Counted from the first letter of the stretch, positions 49,796 to 63,505 are shown. The stretch is DNA of 64,000 bases from Anaeramoeba ignava BMAN (GCA_028826165.1 JAPDFW010000065.1:124001-188000); one strand, 5' to 3'. The notes: generated by a model not told the origin, from the letters alone. A program made the numbers and translations.

Positions 49796-50675
49796 TTAAA
49801 AAATCCGACAAGAACCTTTTTGAGGTTTAAGAACTTTCTGGATAGCTTCAACAAAAGGAGCCAAAGAATTTTCATTAGATTTGCAGTGGTTTGTGAACTC
49901 CTCAAGAGAGATTTCTCCGTCACCATTTTCATCAATTTGTTCAAATAAATCATTGACAGCATTTTGAACATCTTGTGGATCAATTTTTTGTGAGATCTCC
50001 ATTTGTGTTTTTGTCTTGAATTCAGATGATTCTGTATCAACCTTCATTCCAATCAGTTTTCCTAATTCTTCTGCTAATTCTGATGCTATTAATGCTGCTG
50101 AAATACTGACTGTGCTATAAACCATTTGATAAATTTCTTCACGATCCAAAACACCATTTCCATCACTTTTTTGATCCAAATTTGGATTGGTTTTTGTAAT
50201 GATTTAAATGTGGATAAAAAATATTATTGATTTTTATTTATAATTTTATTTATAATTTTATTTAATTTTTATTTTATTTACGCATCCCAAATTTGAAACA
50301 AGAAATGAGCTTTTTTTTCATCTGATTCATTTGAAAGTAAAGTAAAACCTGAAATTAATTCATTGAATTCAATTGTTCCGTTACCATCTCTATTAAAAAA
50401 GAGTTGGAATTTTTTAAATTAAATTTTTTAAATTAAATTAAATTAAATTAAATTAAATTAAATTAAATTAAATTAAATTAAATTAAATTAAATTAAATTA
50501 AATTAAATTTTTTTTACAAATCAAAAACTTTATGAACTAATGCTGCGCCTTTTTCATCTAAACCAAATAATGTCTGAAAATCTTCAATTGATAAATGGCA
50601 TTGTTTTGGATTGCCTCCTTTTAATTTCTTAATTGCTGCTGCTAAAGCTTTAATTTGTTTTTTTCCAAATTCCAT
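49796..50675 (-). CDS. Second calcineurin-B/NCS-like EF-hand protein with CaaX (CRIF), 3 exons
   Basis: MEFGKKQIKAL..KKLKGGNP..DGNGTIEFNE..WDADGNGVLDREE..DENGDGEISLEE..KPQKGSCRIF*. Same intron positions as the gene at 21261. Confidence 0.85.
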
Positions 50676-51010
50676 TTACTTTTTAAGATTTAATTTGTTT
50701 TGATTTGTTTTAAAAAAAGTAAAAAAATGAATTTGAGAAAATTAAAAAATATTTTTTTTTATTTATTTTTTTTGCTTTCTTTTCTTTTCTAATTTAAAAA
50801 AAAAAAGCAAAAAAGGAAAAAAGGAAAAATAAAAAAAAAATAAAAAAAGATTTTTTAATTTTTGTTCTTCTTTTTTTCCCTTTTTATTTTTATTTTTATT
50901 ATTTTTTTTAAAAAAAAAAAACTACAAATCAATTATAATTTCTTTGGGAAATCAATTATAAATTCTGAATGAAAAATCAATTGTATATTTTTTAATGAAA
51001 AATTAATTAA

Positions 51011-54000
51011 TTATTTTTTTGTAAAGAAAAATTCTTTTGAAGATAAACTTTTTCTTAATTCATGGAATCTTCTTGATTTTGGAGAAGGAGATTGATTATC
51101 GGTACTCATAGAAAAATATCTTTCAATTTTTGGATGAGAATTTTCTAAATGTTGAATATTTGGATTTTCATTTGAATTTTCATTTGAATTTTCATTTGAT
51201 TTTTCATTTGATTTTTCATTTGATTTTTCATTTGAATTTTGTGATTGAGAATCGATTTGAATTTCTTGTTTTTGATGATTTGGAGACATATTTAATAGAT
51301 TTGAAACTGTTCCTGAACTTTCTCTTCTTTTTGATTCATCCAATAAATTTGAGTTTTCATACAAAGTATTCAATTCATTTTTAGCTTGTAAAGCTCTTTT
51401 CAAAGTATTTATATTTGTTCTTGATTCACTTGTTTTTTTCATTTTTTTAAGTGCTTTTTATTGATGAAATCCATTTTGTTCTTTCTTCGTTTGTTGGAAC
51501 ATCAAGTATATATTTTTTCACGTGAGTAATTAATAAAAATACAAATGAATCTTGGTATGATGTTTTATCAATTTTAATTTTTATATGTGAAAGTGGGTGA
51601 AATTGTAAAAATTGGTAGCGTGTCATTTTGCTCAATGTTTGTGATTTAGGTTTTGTAACTAATAATAAGTCGTTGAAAAGAAAAAGATAAAGTGGTGTTT
51701 TTCTTTTTTGTTTTTGTGGATCTCTTTCAATAACGGGTCCTTCTAAAATAAATCTTCTGTGAGGTTCAACAAGATTCTTTTTTTTAAAAAAATTTTTTAA
51801 TATTAAATTAAATTAAATTGAATATTGAATATTGATTTAAATATTGAAATTAAATATTAAATTAAATTGATTTGAATTGAATTGAATTGAATTGAATTGA
51901 ATTGAATATTGAATTGAATTGAATTGAATTAAATTGAATTAAATATTGAATTGAATTGAATATTAAATTGAATTGAATATTAAATTGAAATTGGATTGAA
52001 TATTAAATATTGGTTTGAAATTGAATATTAAATTGAATTGAATATTGAATTGAATATTATATTGAATTGAATTGAATTGAATTGAATTGAATATTAAATT
52101 GAATTGAATATTAAATTGAATTGAATATTGAATTGAATATTATATTGAATTGAATTGAATTGAATTGAATTAAATATTGAATTGAATATTATATTGAATT
52201 GAATTGAATTGAATTGAATTAAATATTGAATTGAATTTTGAATTAAATATTAAATTGAATTGAATTGAATATTGAATTGAATTGAATTAAATTGAATATT
52301 GAATTGAATTGAATTAAATTGAATATTGAATTGAATTGAATTAAATTGAATATTGAATTGAATTGAATTAAATTGAAATTGAATATTGAATTGAATTGAA
52401 TTAAATTGAATATTGAATTGAATTGAATTAAATTGAATTGAATATTGAATTGAATTGAATTAAATTGAATTGAATTGAATTAAATTGAATTAAATTGAAT
52501 ATTGAATTGAATTGAATTGAATTGAATTGAATATTAAATTGAATTGAATATTAAATTGAAATTGGATTGAATATTAAATTGAAATTGGATTGAATATTAA
52601 ATTGAATATTGAATTGAATATTGAATTGAATATTAAATTGAATTAAATATTAAATTGAATATTGAATTGAATATTGAATATTAAATTGAATATTAAATTG
52701 AATTAAATTGAATATTAAATATTGAATTGAATTGAATTGAATTGAATTGAATTGAATATTGGTTTGAAATTGAATATTAAATTGAATTTACTAAATCCAT
52801 CTTTTTTGGTAAACCTGTTATTTTTTGACTGATTTCTTGAACTTTTAAACTACTTTCTTGTTCTGTTTTCTTTTTATCTATTCCTTGTAATAAAGTATCT
52901 AAATTATGAAAAGCTTCTTGAAGTATTTGAGATTCATGCTTATCTTCAATTTTTAAATTCATTAAACTCTAAAATAAATAAAATAATAATTATAATTAAA
53001 ATTAAAAGAATAATTTGTTTAATTTTTAATTTCAAGAAAAATACTTCAAATAAAACTTTAAGATGAGTAATTCTTTGAAGAGGAAGAGAAAGAAAATCTT
53101 CAAGAATCAGATTTTCACATCTTTTTTGTTGTTGGGATTTCTATTTGAATTTTTTAATCTTTTAATATTTGAATTTGTTTTATTTTTTTTTAAATTTTTT
53201 ACTTCAACAAATTTTTGAAATTTAGAATTTTTTCTTAAATTTTTTAATTTTGAGAGGATATTTGAAAATTTGCCAAAATAAGAAGAATATGCATTCATCC
53301 AAATGTTCTATTTTAATTTTAATTTTATTTTAAATTTAATTTTAATTTTAATATTAATTTTATTTTAAATTTAATTTTAATATTAATTTTAATTTTAATT
53401 TTAATTTTAAATTTAAATTTTAATTTTAATTTTAATTTTAAATTTAATTTTTACATTTATTATATAAATTCTAGCAATTGAAGCAACATCTCTTTCATTT
53501 TTTTTAAAAATTTCTTTTAAAGATTGTAATAATTGATCATGAAAATTCCATAAAACAATAATATCAGAAAAAATCAATTTAAATTCTGATAATGAAATAA
53601 TTTCTTCATTTGTTCCAATTGCTTTTTCAATTGGATCTATAAACAGCTTTTTAAATTTAAATTTTAATTTTAATTTTGATTTTAATTTTAATTTTGATTT
53701 TAATTTTAATTTTAAATTTAATTTTTAATTTAAATTTTAATTTTAATTTTAATTTTAATTTTAATATTAATTTTAATTTTAATTTTAATTTTAATTTTAA
53801 TTTTGATTTTAATTTTGATTTTAATTTTGATTTTAATTTTGATTTTAATTTTATTTTTAATTTTAATTTTAATTTTAATTTTAAATTTAATTTTTAATTT
53901 AAATTGTAATTTTTAATTTTAAATTTAATTTTTAATTTTATTTTTAATTTTAATTTTAATTTTAATTTTAATTTTAATTTTGATTTTAATTTTAAATTTA

Positions 54001-54309
54001 ATTTTTAATTTTAATTTTAATTTTAATTTTAATTTTAATTTTTAATTTAAATTTTAATTGTTTTACCTCTTTTAAAGTTGTAAGTTTTTCTACATAATGT
54101 CTTTCTGTGCTAATTATCTATGTTTGTTTTTAATTTTATATTTAATTTTATATTTAAATTTGTTTTAAAATAAGAAGAATTACTTCCAAACCAAAATTAA
54201 CTTTTTCTTCTTCAATTTCTATAAATTTAATCAAAATATTTTTAATTTAATTTTATTTTTCAATTTTAAATTCATTTATAAATTTTTTTTTACTTTGTTG
54301 ATCTGTCAT
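51011..54309 (-). CDS. RhoGEF (DH-PH), multi-exon; apparent +1 frameshift near 51447
   Basis: DH: EIISTERHYVEKL, LIFSDI..FHDQLL, LEDFLSLPLQRITHL. PH: NLVEPHRRFILEG..YLFLFNDLLLVTK..EERTKWISSI. Confidence 0.88.
51800..52790. repeat. Intronic (AATTG)n/(AATATTG)n satellite
   Basis: About 1 kb of repeat fills the intron between DH and PH. Confidence 0.9.
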
Positions 54310-54508
54310 CAAAATAAAGAGTTTTTAATTAAATTTGTTTTTGTTTTTGTTTTAAAAGAAAAAAGAAAAAGAAAAAAAATGAAAATAAAAAGGAGAAAAA
54401 TAAATAAATAATAAAAAATAAAAAAGGAGAAAAATAAACGTAATTAAAAATTTTTTTTTTCATTTTTTTTTTTCATTTTTTCCCTTTTTAAAAAATAAAA
54501 CAAAAAAA

Positions 54509-57500
54509 ATGTCTTTAATTGATTCTGAAATAAAACAAAAAATTATTGATGAATTAAATGAATCAAATGAAATAACAAATTCAAGACAATTTGCAATAAA
54601 AATAGGAAAAGAACATGAAGAAGTTGTTGCTGAATTAAATAGTTTACATGCTTATGAAATTCTTCTTCCTGAAGTTATTCAAGAAGATATTTGGGAACCA
54701 ACTCAAGAAGGTCAAGATTACATTGAAAAAGGTTCTCCTGAAGTTATTTTCTTTAATTCAATCCCTCAAAATGTATTTAATATTTAATATTTAATATTTA
54801 ATATTTATTTAATATTTATTTTTTCTTAATTATTTAATTAGGGAATTGCTCTTTCTGAATTACAAGTTTGATTTCTTATTTATTTTTCTTTTATTTCCAA
54901 AATCCTTTAAAATTATAAATTATAAATTAAAAATTATAAATTAAAAATTATAAATTATAAATTATAAATTAAAAATTATAAATTAAAAATTATAAATTAT
55001 AAATTATAAATTAAAAATTATAAATTAAAAATTATAAATTATAAATTATAAATAATTAAAAATTATAAATAATTATAAATTATAAATTATAAATTATAAA
55101 TAATTAAAAATTAAAAATTATAAATTATAAATTATAAATTATAAATTATAAATTAAAAATTATAAATTAAAAATTATAAATTATAAATTAAAAATTATAA
55201 ATTAAAAATTATAAATTAAAAATTATAAATTATAAATTATAAATTATAAATTAAAAATTATAAATTAAAAAAAATTAAAAATTATAAATTATAAATTAAA
55301 AATTAAAAATTAAAAATTATAAATTATAAATTATAAATTATAAATTATAAATTATAAATTATAAATTATACATTATACATTATACATTATACATTATACA
55401 GAAAACACTAGGACCAATTGCTCAAATTGGTTTTTCTCAATGTATGAAACTAAAATGGATTACAACAAAAAAAATTGAACCAAGTAAAGAAGAAATTGAA
55501 AAACAACAACAACAAAAGAAAAAAGCAAAAGTAGATCAAATGATATTTCAAAAAGTAAATATAAAATATAAAATATAAAATATAAAATATAAAATATAAA
55601 ATATAAAATATAAAATATAAAATATAAAATATAAAATATAAAATATAAAATATAAAATATAAAATATAAAATATAAAATATAAAATATAAAATAATTAAA
55701 ATGAAAACAAAATCAAAAATTTTCATTTTAAAAAGGTTGAAAAAATTGAAGATAAAACTAAAGATTTATTATTACAATTAACTAAATCAACAATTTCATC
55801 AAAAGATTTACAAGCTTTAAAGAGAAGAAAATTAGCACAAATTGTTAAGATTAAATATTTCAAAATTACAAAAGGAGCAACATTTGAAAGATTGATTACA
55901 AAAAAAGAAAAAGTTCACACAGATTTTAATAAAGAAATTCTTTCTCAGTTGAGATTTTAATTTAGTTTAATTTAAATCATTAATTATAAATTAATTTTAA
56001 ACAAAACATTTTTAATTGTATTTAAATTTAACCAAAATTTAGAGAGTTATGGAAAGATGCTTTCTTTAAGAAATATAATTTTAATGCTCTTGGAATTTAT
56101 TCTAGTATATAAAATCATATTAAATCAAATCAATTTCAATTTAATTCAATTTCAAATCAATTTCAAATCAATTTCAATTCAATTTCAAAATCAATTTCAA
56201 ATCAATTTCAAATCAATTTCAAATCAATTTCAAATCAATTTCAAATCAATTTCAAATCAATTTCAAATCAATTTCAAATCAATTTCAATTCAATTTCAAT
56301 TCAATTTCAATTCAATTCAATTCAATTCAATTCAATTTCAATTCAATTTCAATTCAATTTCAAATCAATTTCAAATCAATTTCAAATCAATTTCAAATCA
56401 ATTTCAAATCAATTTCAAATCAATTTCAAATCAATTTCAAATCAATTTCAATTCAATTTCAAATCAATTTCAATTCAATTCAATTCAATTTCAAATCAAT
56501 TTCAAATCAATTTCAAATCAATTTCAAATCAATTTCAATTCAATTTCAATTCAATTTCAAATCAATTTCAATTCAATTTCAATTCAATTTCAATTCAATT
56601 TCAAATCAATTTCAAATCAATTTCAAATCAATTTCAATTCAATTTCAATTCAATTTCAAATCAATTTCAAATCAATTTCAAATCAATTTCAAATCAATTT
56701 CAATTCAATTTCAATTCAATTTCAATTCAATTTCAAATCAATTTCAATTCAATTTCAATTCAATTTCAAATCAATTTCAAATCAATTCAAATCAATCAAA
56801 ATTTAAATTTCAAATCAATTTCAAATCAATTTCAAATCAATTTCAAATCAATTTCAAATCAATTTCAAATCAATTTCAAATCAATTTCAAATCAATTTCA
56901 AATCAATTTCAATTCAATTTCAAATCAATTTCAAATCAATTTCAAATCAATTTCAAATCAATTTAATTTAATATTCAATTTCAAATCAATTCAATTTCAA
57001 ATCAATTCAATTTCAATTCAATTCAATTTAATATTTAATTTACTTTTAATTCAATAAGGTGGCCATTTACATCCATTATTAAAAGTTAGAACACAAGTTA
57101 GAGAAGCTTTTCTTGAATTAGGATTTGAAGAAATGGATACAAGTATTTGGGTTGAATCTTCTTTTTGGAATTTTGATACTTTATTTCAACCTCAACAACA
57201 TCCTGCAAGAGATATGCATGATACATTTTTTATGTCAAGTATAAATCATTTATAAAATTATTTATAAATATAAAATTATTTATAAATTTAATATTATTTA
57301 TAAATATAAAATTATTTATAAATATAAAATTATTTATAAATATAAAATTATTTATAAATTTAATATTATTTTAAGAACCTGAATTTTCAAGTGATTTTCC
57401 AAAAGAATATATGGAAAAAGTTAAAGAAACTCATGAAAAAGGAGGTTATGAATCTATTGGTTGGAGATATGATTGGGATGAACAAGAAGCTAAAAAAAAC

Positions 57501-58406
57501 ATTATGAGAACACATACAACTGCAATATCTTCAAGAACATTAAATTCTTTAATTGGTGTAAAAAGAATATTATTAATAATATTATTATTATTTTTAAGAT
57601 TAATTTAAATTCGAAATATTTTTAAATTTAAAAAAAAATAACAGCAAGAATTTAAACCAAGAAGATTTTTCTCAATTGATCGTGTTTTTAGAAATGAAAC
57701 ACTTGATGCAACACATCTTGCAGAATTTCATCAAGTAGAAGGATTTATAATTGATAAAAATCTATCACTTGGAGATTTAATTGGAGTTATAACACAATTC
57801 TTTCAAAAACTTGGTAAATAATTCAAATTTAATTAGGAATTTTAATTAAATTAAAATTAAAATTAAAATTAAAATTAAAATTAAAAAAATTAAAATTAAA
57901 ATTAAAATTAAAAATTAAAATTTTAAAATTAAAATTAAATTAAAATTAAAATTAAAATTAAAATTAAAATTAAAATTAAAATTAAAATTAAAATTAAAAT
58001 TAAAATTAAAATTAAAATTAAAATTAAAATCAAAATTAAAATTAAAATTAAAATTAAAATTAAAAATTAAAATTAAAATTAAAATTTAAAATTAGGAATG
58101 AATAAATTGAAATTCAAACCAGCTTATAATCCTTATACAGAACCATCAATGGAAATATTCATTTATCATGATGGATTAAAGAGATGGATTGAAGTTGGTA
58201 ATTCAGGAATTTTCAGACCAGAAATGCTTAGACCAATGGGATTTGATGAAGATGTTTCTGTTATTGCTTGGGGATTATCATTAGAAAGACCTACAATGAT
58301 TAAATACAAAGTTAATAACATTAGAGATCTTTTTGGTCATAAAGTTGATCTTCAAACAATTTATTCTTTCCCTCTTTGCAAAATTACTTTAGAGAAATTT
58401 GATTGA
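54509..58406 (+). CDS. FARSA: Phenylalanyl-tRNA synthetase alpha subunit (cytosolic type), multi-exon
   Basis: [114 protein letters not shown]. Confidence 0.97.
56120..57030. repeat. Intronic (CAAATCAATTT)n 11-mer satellite
   Basis: About 900 bp within a FARSA intron. Confidence 0.9.
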
Positions 58407-59790
58407 TTTAATTTACAAATTTAATTTACAAATTTAATTACAAATTTAATTACAAATTTAATTACAAATTAAAATCAAATTTAATTACAAATTTAATTAC
58501 AAATTTAATTACAAATTTAAATATAAATTTAAATACAAATTTTAAATATAATTTTAAATATAATTTTAAATATAAAATTAAATATAATTTCAAATATAAA
58601 TTTAAATATAATTTTAAATATAATTTTAAATACAAATTAAATACAAATCAAATATAAATTTAAATACAAATTTAAATATAAAATTAAATACAAATTTAAA
58701 TACAAATTTAAACACAAATTTAAACACAAATTTAAATATAAATTTAAATATAAATTAAAATACAAATTTAAATATAAATTTTAAATATAAATTTAAATAT
58801 AAAATTTAATTATAAATTTAAATACAATTTTAAATATAATTTTAAATATAAATTTAATTATAAATTTAAATATAAAATTAATTACAAAATTAAATATAAA
58901 TTTAAATACAAATTTAAATATAAATTTAAATATAATTTTAAATACAATTTTAAATACAAATTAAATATAAATTTAAATACAATTTTAAATACAATTTTAA
59001 AATACAATTTTAAATATAAATTTAAATATAAATTTAAATATAAATTTAAATCCAAATTTTAATTATAAATTTAAATACAAATTTAAATATAAATTTAAAT
59101 ACAAATTTTAAATATAATTTAAATATAAATTTAAATATAAATTTAAATATAAATTTAAATATAATTTTAAATGTAATTTTAAATATAAATTTAAATATAA
59201 ATTTAAATACAAATTTAAATACAAATTTAAATACAAATTTAAATACAAATTTAAATATAAATTAAAATACAAATTTAAATATAAATTTAAAATACAAATT
59301 TAAATATAAATCAAAATACAAATTTAAATACAAATTAATTATAAATTTAAATATAATTTAAATTACAAATATAAATTTAAATACAAAATCAAAATCCAAA
59401 AATTAAATATAAATTTAAATACAAATTTAAATTTTAAATATAATTTTAATTACAAATTTAAATACAAAATTTAAATACAAATTTAAATATAAATTTAAAT
59501 ATAAATTTAAATATAAATTTAAAATAAAATTTAAATACAAATATAAATATAAATTTAAATATAATTTCAAATACAAATTTAAATACAAATTTTAAATATA
59601 ATTTTAAATATAAATTTAAATACAAATTTAAATACAAATTTAAAATATAAAATTAAATACAATTTTAAATATAATTTTAAATATAAATTTAAATACAAAT
59701 TTAAATATAAATTTAAATACAAATTTAATTATAATTTTAAATCAAATCAAAATCAAAATCAAAATCAAAATCCAAAATTAAATTTAATTT
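58407..59790. repeat. Intergenic (AAATTTAAATAY)n ~12-mer satellite
   Basis: About 1.4 kb between the convergent FARSA and dNK genes. Confidence 0.9.
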
Positions 59791-59910
59791 AATTTAATTT
59801 AAAGTTCATTTCAAGTTTAAAAAAAAAATAAATTTAAAAAGAAAATAATGTTTTTGTTCTTGTATTTTTAATCCAAAAAAAAAATTGGTTTGTGTTTGTG
59901 TTTGTATTGC

Positions 59911-60759
59911 TTAAAAAAAATTAAAAAATTCTTTCTTTGTTTTCATTCCCATAAATTCAATCAAATCCTCTAAATTAGTTTCAAAAGATTCAAACTTAAA
60001 AATAACTTTAGAAGATTTAAACAAATTAAAACTTTCTGATTGATTTCCAAAAGAAGAAACAATACGAAGCCAAGAATAAATAGTTCTAGTTTGATCATCA
60101 ACTAAAAACTCATTTGAATTAATTTTTGATTTTTCCAAAAATTCAGGAATAGTCAATTTAGCAACTCCAGAAAGAATATCATCACAACGGTCAAAATGTT
60201 CCCAATTAAGTAAAATAACGGAAATTTGATGATCTCTTGATTCTTGAACAAGCTCTTTATAACACTTATTCAAACCTTGCAAATATTCAAGTTTAATACT
60301 TGATTCACAAGCAATGCATCTGACATTATTGATTCTATCAAAACAAATTTCAGGTGAAACATCAAGATAAATAATCAAATCAGGTTGAGTTATAAGTGAC
60401 AAGAATTTGTTTCTCAATTTCATATATTCTTCAAATTGAGATTGGTCCAAATTTCCATCAACTAAATTTTGTTTAGCAAAAACATAATCTGAAAAAATTG
60501 ATCGATCCAAAATTATTATCAAATCAGGATTCTCTAAATGTAAAGACATTGCTTGTAGATAAGTTAGAAATCTTTGTCTTAAAAGCCATAATTGCATTAC
60601 ATATGCATATTCTTTTGGATTTCCATAATATTTTTCTAAATATGGATTGTTTGCTACTGGTTCTTTGAAAATTATTATATTCTCTTTTATTGCTAGTTTT
60701 AATTTTGTTGCAAATGTTGTTTTTCCTGCACAAATATTTCCTTCAATAACAATAATCAT
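59911..60759 (-). CDS. Deoxynucleoside kinase (dNK family), intronless
   Basis: P-loop IEGNICAGKTT, EPV, DRSIFSDYVFA, PDLIIYLDVSPEICFDRI, I.LEYLQGL. Confidence 0.9.
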   Translation of the reverse strand: MIIVIEGNICAGKTTFATKLKLAIKENIIIFKEPVANNPYLEKYYGNPKEYAYVMQLWLLRQRFLTYLQAMSLHLENPDLIIILDRSIFSDYVFAKQNLVDGNLDQSQFEEYMKLRNKFLSLITQPDLIIYLDVSPEICFDRINNVRCIACESSIKLEYLQGLNKCYKELVQESRDHQISVILLNWEHFDRCDDILSGVAKLTIPEFLEKSKINSNEFLVDDQTRTIYSWLRIVSSFGNQSESFNLFKSSKVIFKFESFETNLEDLIEFMGMKTKKEFFNFF

Positions 60760-61181
60760 TTTTAAAAAACAAATAAAACAAAAACAAATAAAACAAAAAC
60801 AAATAAAACAAAAAAGAAAAGAAAAAATGAATAAGTTTTTTAAAAAAAATTCGTTAATCTTTTAAAGTGAACGGTTAAAAAAAAATAATTAAAAAAAACG
60901 GATATTTTTTTGCGGAATTTATAAAAAGAATTTTAATTTAAATTTTTAAAAAAAGAATTTTAATTTAAATTTTGCGGAATACGTTAAAATTAATAATAAT
61001 TAATAAAAATTAATAAAAATTAATAAAAATTAATAAAAATTAATAAAAATTAATAATAATTAATAATTTTCTCCTTTTTATTTATTTTTTTTTTAATTTT
61101 TTTTTCATTTTTTTTTCCACTTTTTTTTTCATTTAAAAAAATTTATAATTAAAAAAAATATAAAAATTTTTATAAAATTAA

Positions 61182-63417
61182 ATGGTTGATTCTCCAACAA
61201 ATTCAGATTCAGAAGATGGTAACTAAAAAAAATTAAAATTTATTTTGAAATTAAAAAATTAAAAAATTAAAAAAGCAATTTCCAAAAAAAAAATTAAATA
61301 AAAAAGAATTAAAATGGAAAATTTATAATAAAATTTTTCTTTTTATTTGCTAGATTTTGATTCAGAAAAACTACAACAAATAATACTCGATCAAGAATCA
61401 GAAATTAAAGAGAAACAAGAATTAATTGATAAATTAATAGTTGACTATCGAGAAAGTGTTCAAAAAAATGTTGAATTAATCGAAGAAATAAAACAAAAAG
61501 AAATTGATATAGTTAAACTGCAAAATTCGAATCAACGCCAAAATTTCGAGAAAGAAGAGCAATCAACAGTGTCTGCTCAAGTGAACCAAGACCTAAGACT
61601 TTTAAGGAATGAAAATGCTCGACTCAAAAAACTTGTTGAAGACCTCAAACAAAAAAAAGATTTGGATCAAGGCGATGACAGCAAAAATCACAATGATTTT
61701 CAACTTGAAATCCAAAAATTAAAAAAAACAATTGATGATTTAAATCAAGAAAAAAAAGCAAATCAAATTGCAATAAGAAATTTATCAGAAAAGCTTCAAA
61801 AATCATCAAATTCGCCTCAAAGTCCAAAAACATTAGCCAAAAATCAAACTTTGGATAAATTTGATATTGATTCAAAATTAATTGAGAAAATGAAAAATTT
61901 GGAAATTTTTCAAGAAGATTTTCTCGATGAAAAAAATTTTTCACCTTTTTTACAAAACTTGATCCAAAAATATGAGGATTTACAAAACAACAGCGAAACG
62001 CATGAGGAAGAAATGGAGAAGCAAAAGAAAAGCATGATTGAGAACAAAACACAAGCAGAATTGCTACAAAAAATAAATCTTGAGCAAGGAATGAAGTATA
62101 CACAAGAACTAAGTCAACTCAGAAACGAAAAGAACAGTCTTTCAATCGATCTTGTTAAGGCTCTTGATCAGGTTGAGCGATTGCAGAATAAGATACGTGA
62201 GGCAGAGTCTACTTTCCTCACTTTTAGAACCCAGGAATTGGACAAACAAAACGAACAAATTATGATTCTTAAAAAAAATACAAACTCATTATTTCAATAT
62301 AATTCTAATTTGGAAAAGGAAAACAAAAAAATACACAACGAAATTACGAATTTGATTGAAAATGAGAAAATTTCCCAAGAAATTAAAAACAAAATCTTGC
62401 GTATTTTGCATACAGAAGAACAAACAAATGAATCAATTGAATCAATTATAAATCTTGCAAATTTTGATTATCAAAAAGCTTCAAATCAACAAATTATTGA
62501 AGAGAATGAAATGTTAAAATCCCATAATTCAAAACTTCAAGAAAGAATGGATTTAATTTCCCAACATTTGGATCAATTAGATGGATTTCAATCAGAAAAT
62601 TTAATTCTTTCTCAATTAAAATCACAATTAGAACTCAAAAATCAAGAAAATAATCAACTTGTTATTCATCTTTCTGAATTTGAAAATAAAATTGATTTTC
62701 TTGAGAATGAAAAGGATAATTTAAATCAAGAAATTTTTAAATTGAAACAACAAAAACAAAAACAAAAACAAAAACAAAATGAAATTGAAGAAGAAAATAA
62801 AAAACAAAAACAAAATGAAGAAGAAAATAAAAAACAAAAACAAATTGAAGAAGAAAATAAAAAAATTGAAGAAGAAAATAAAAAAATTGAAGAAGAAAAA
62901 CAAAAACAAATTGAAGAAGAAAAACAAAAACAAATTGAAGAAGAAAAACAAAAACAAATTGAAGAAGAAAATAAAAAAATTGAAGAAAATAAAAAAATTG
63001 AAGAAGAAAAGCAAAAACCTATTAATCAAGATCCTGATGAAGATTTTAAACAACAAATCATGAAAGATTTTGAAAAATCTAAAAAGGAAAAAGTATATGA
63101 TTTTTATATTGAACTTTTAAAGAATCCAAAAAAAAAATCCCGATTTTCAAGAAAAAGAAAATGGGAGAAAAAATTATTAACAATTCGTGATAATTCCTTT
63201 TGAAGTAAGAAATATAGATACAAGACAAATTGAAAGAACTTTTGGTTTTTCCTCTTTAACAGTTAAACCAGAAGTTTGTAATGATCGTAAATTTACTTTT
63301 ATTATTTCTATTCCTGCTGGTGATTTTCTTTTTTCTGCTTTAAATGATTTGGAAAAAAAAGAAATCAATCGATTAATTAAAGAAAGAAAAGCAAATAAAT
63401 CAAAAGGTTTAAAATGA
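61182..63417 (+). CDS. Long coiled-coil protein with C-terminal PH-like domain; short first exon, +1 frameshift near 63200
   Basis: MVDSPTNSDSED splices to DFDSEKL. Heptad-rich body. Removing one T gives KRKWEKKLLTIRDNSF-EVRN..FTFIISIPAGDFLFSALNDLEKKEI, which reads as a PH pattern. Confidence 0.65.
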
Positions 63418-63505
63418 ATTTTTAATTTTTAATTTTTAATTTTAATTTCAAAAATAAATTCAAAAAAAAATTATTTTCATTTTTTTCTTTTTTTTTTTTT
63501 TTAAA

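Noticed and set aside
21261-50675. One large inverted segmental duplication (EF-hand + BTB-TLDc mirrored at 21-28 kb and 46-51 kb)
   Set aside because: The EF-hand paralogues are much more diverged than the BTB regions of copies B and C, and the intervening genes are not mirrored, so the duplications differ in age.
8894-56806. ORFs of (YL)n, (IF)n, (IL)n, (KI)n, (IN)n, (MIIE)n and ([10 protein letters not shown])n
   Set aside because: Translations of microsatellites in introns, intergenic DNA or alternative frames, with no domain content.
59911-60759. Complex I subunit NDUFA10
   Set aside because: The protein starts directly at the P-loop strand with no targeting peptide and keeps the kinase motifs EPV and DRS, so an active dNK fits better.
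1100-63210. Euplotes-style programmed +1 frameshifting (breaks near 1163, 36530, 49125, 51447, 63200)
   Set aside because: The breaks sit in or beside homopolymers and share no consistent AAA-TAR signal. Paralogues of UBL copy 1 lack the extra base, and deletions also occur elsewhere. Sequencing error is simpler; accurate reads would settle it.
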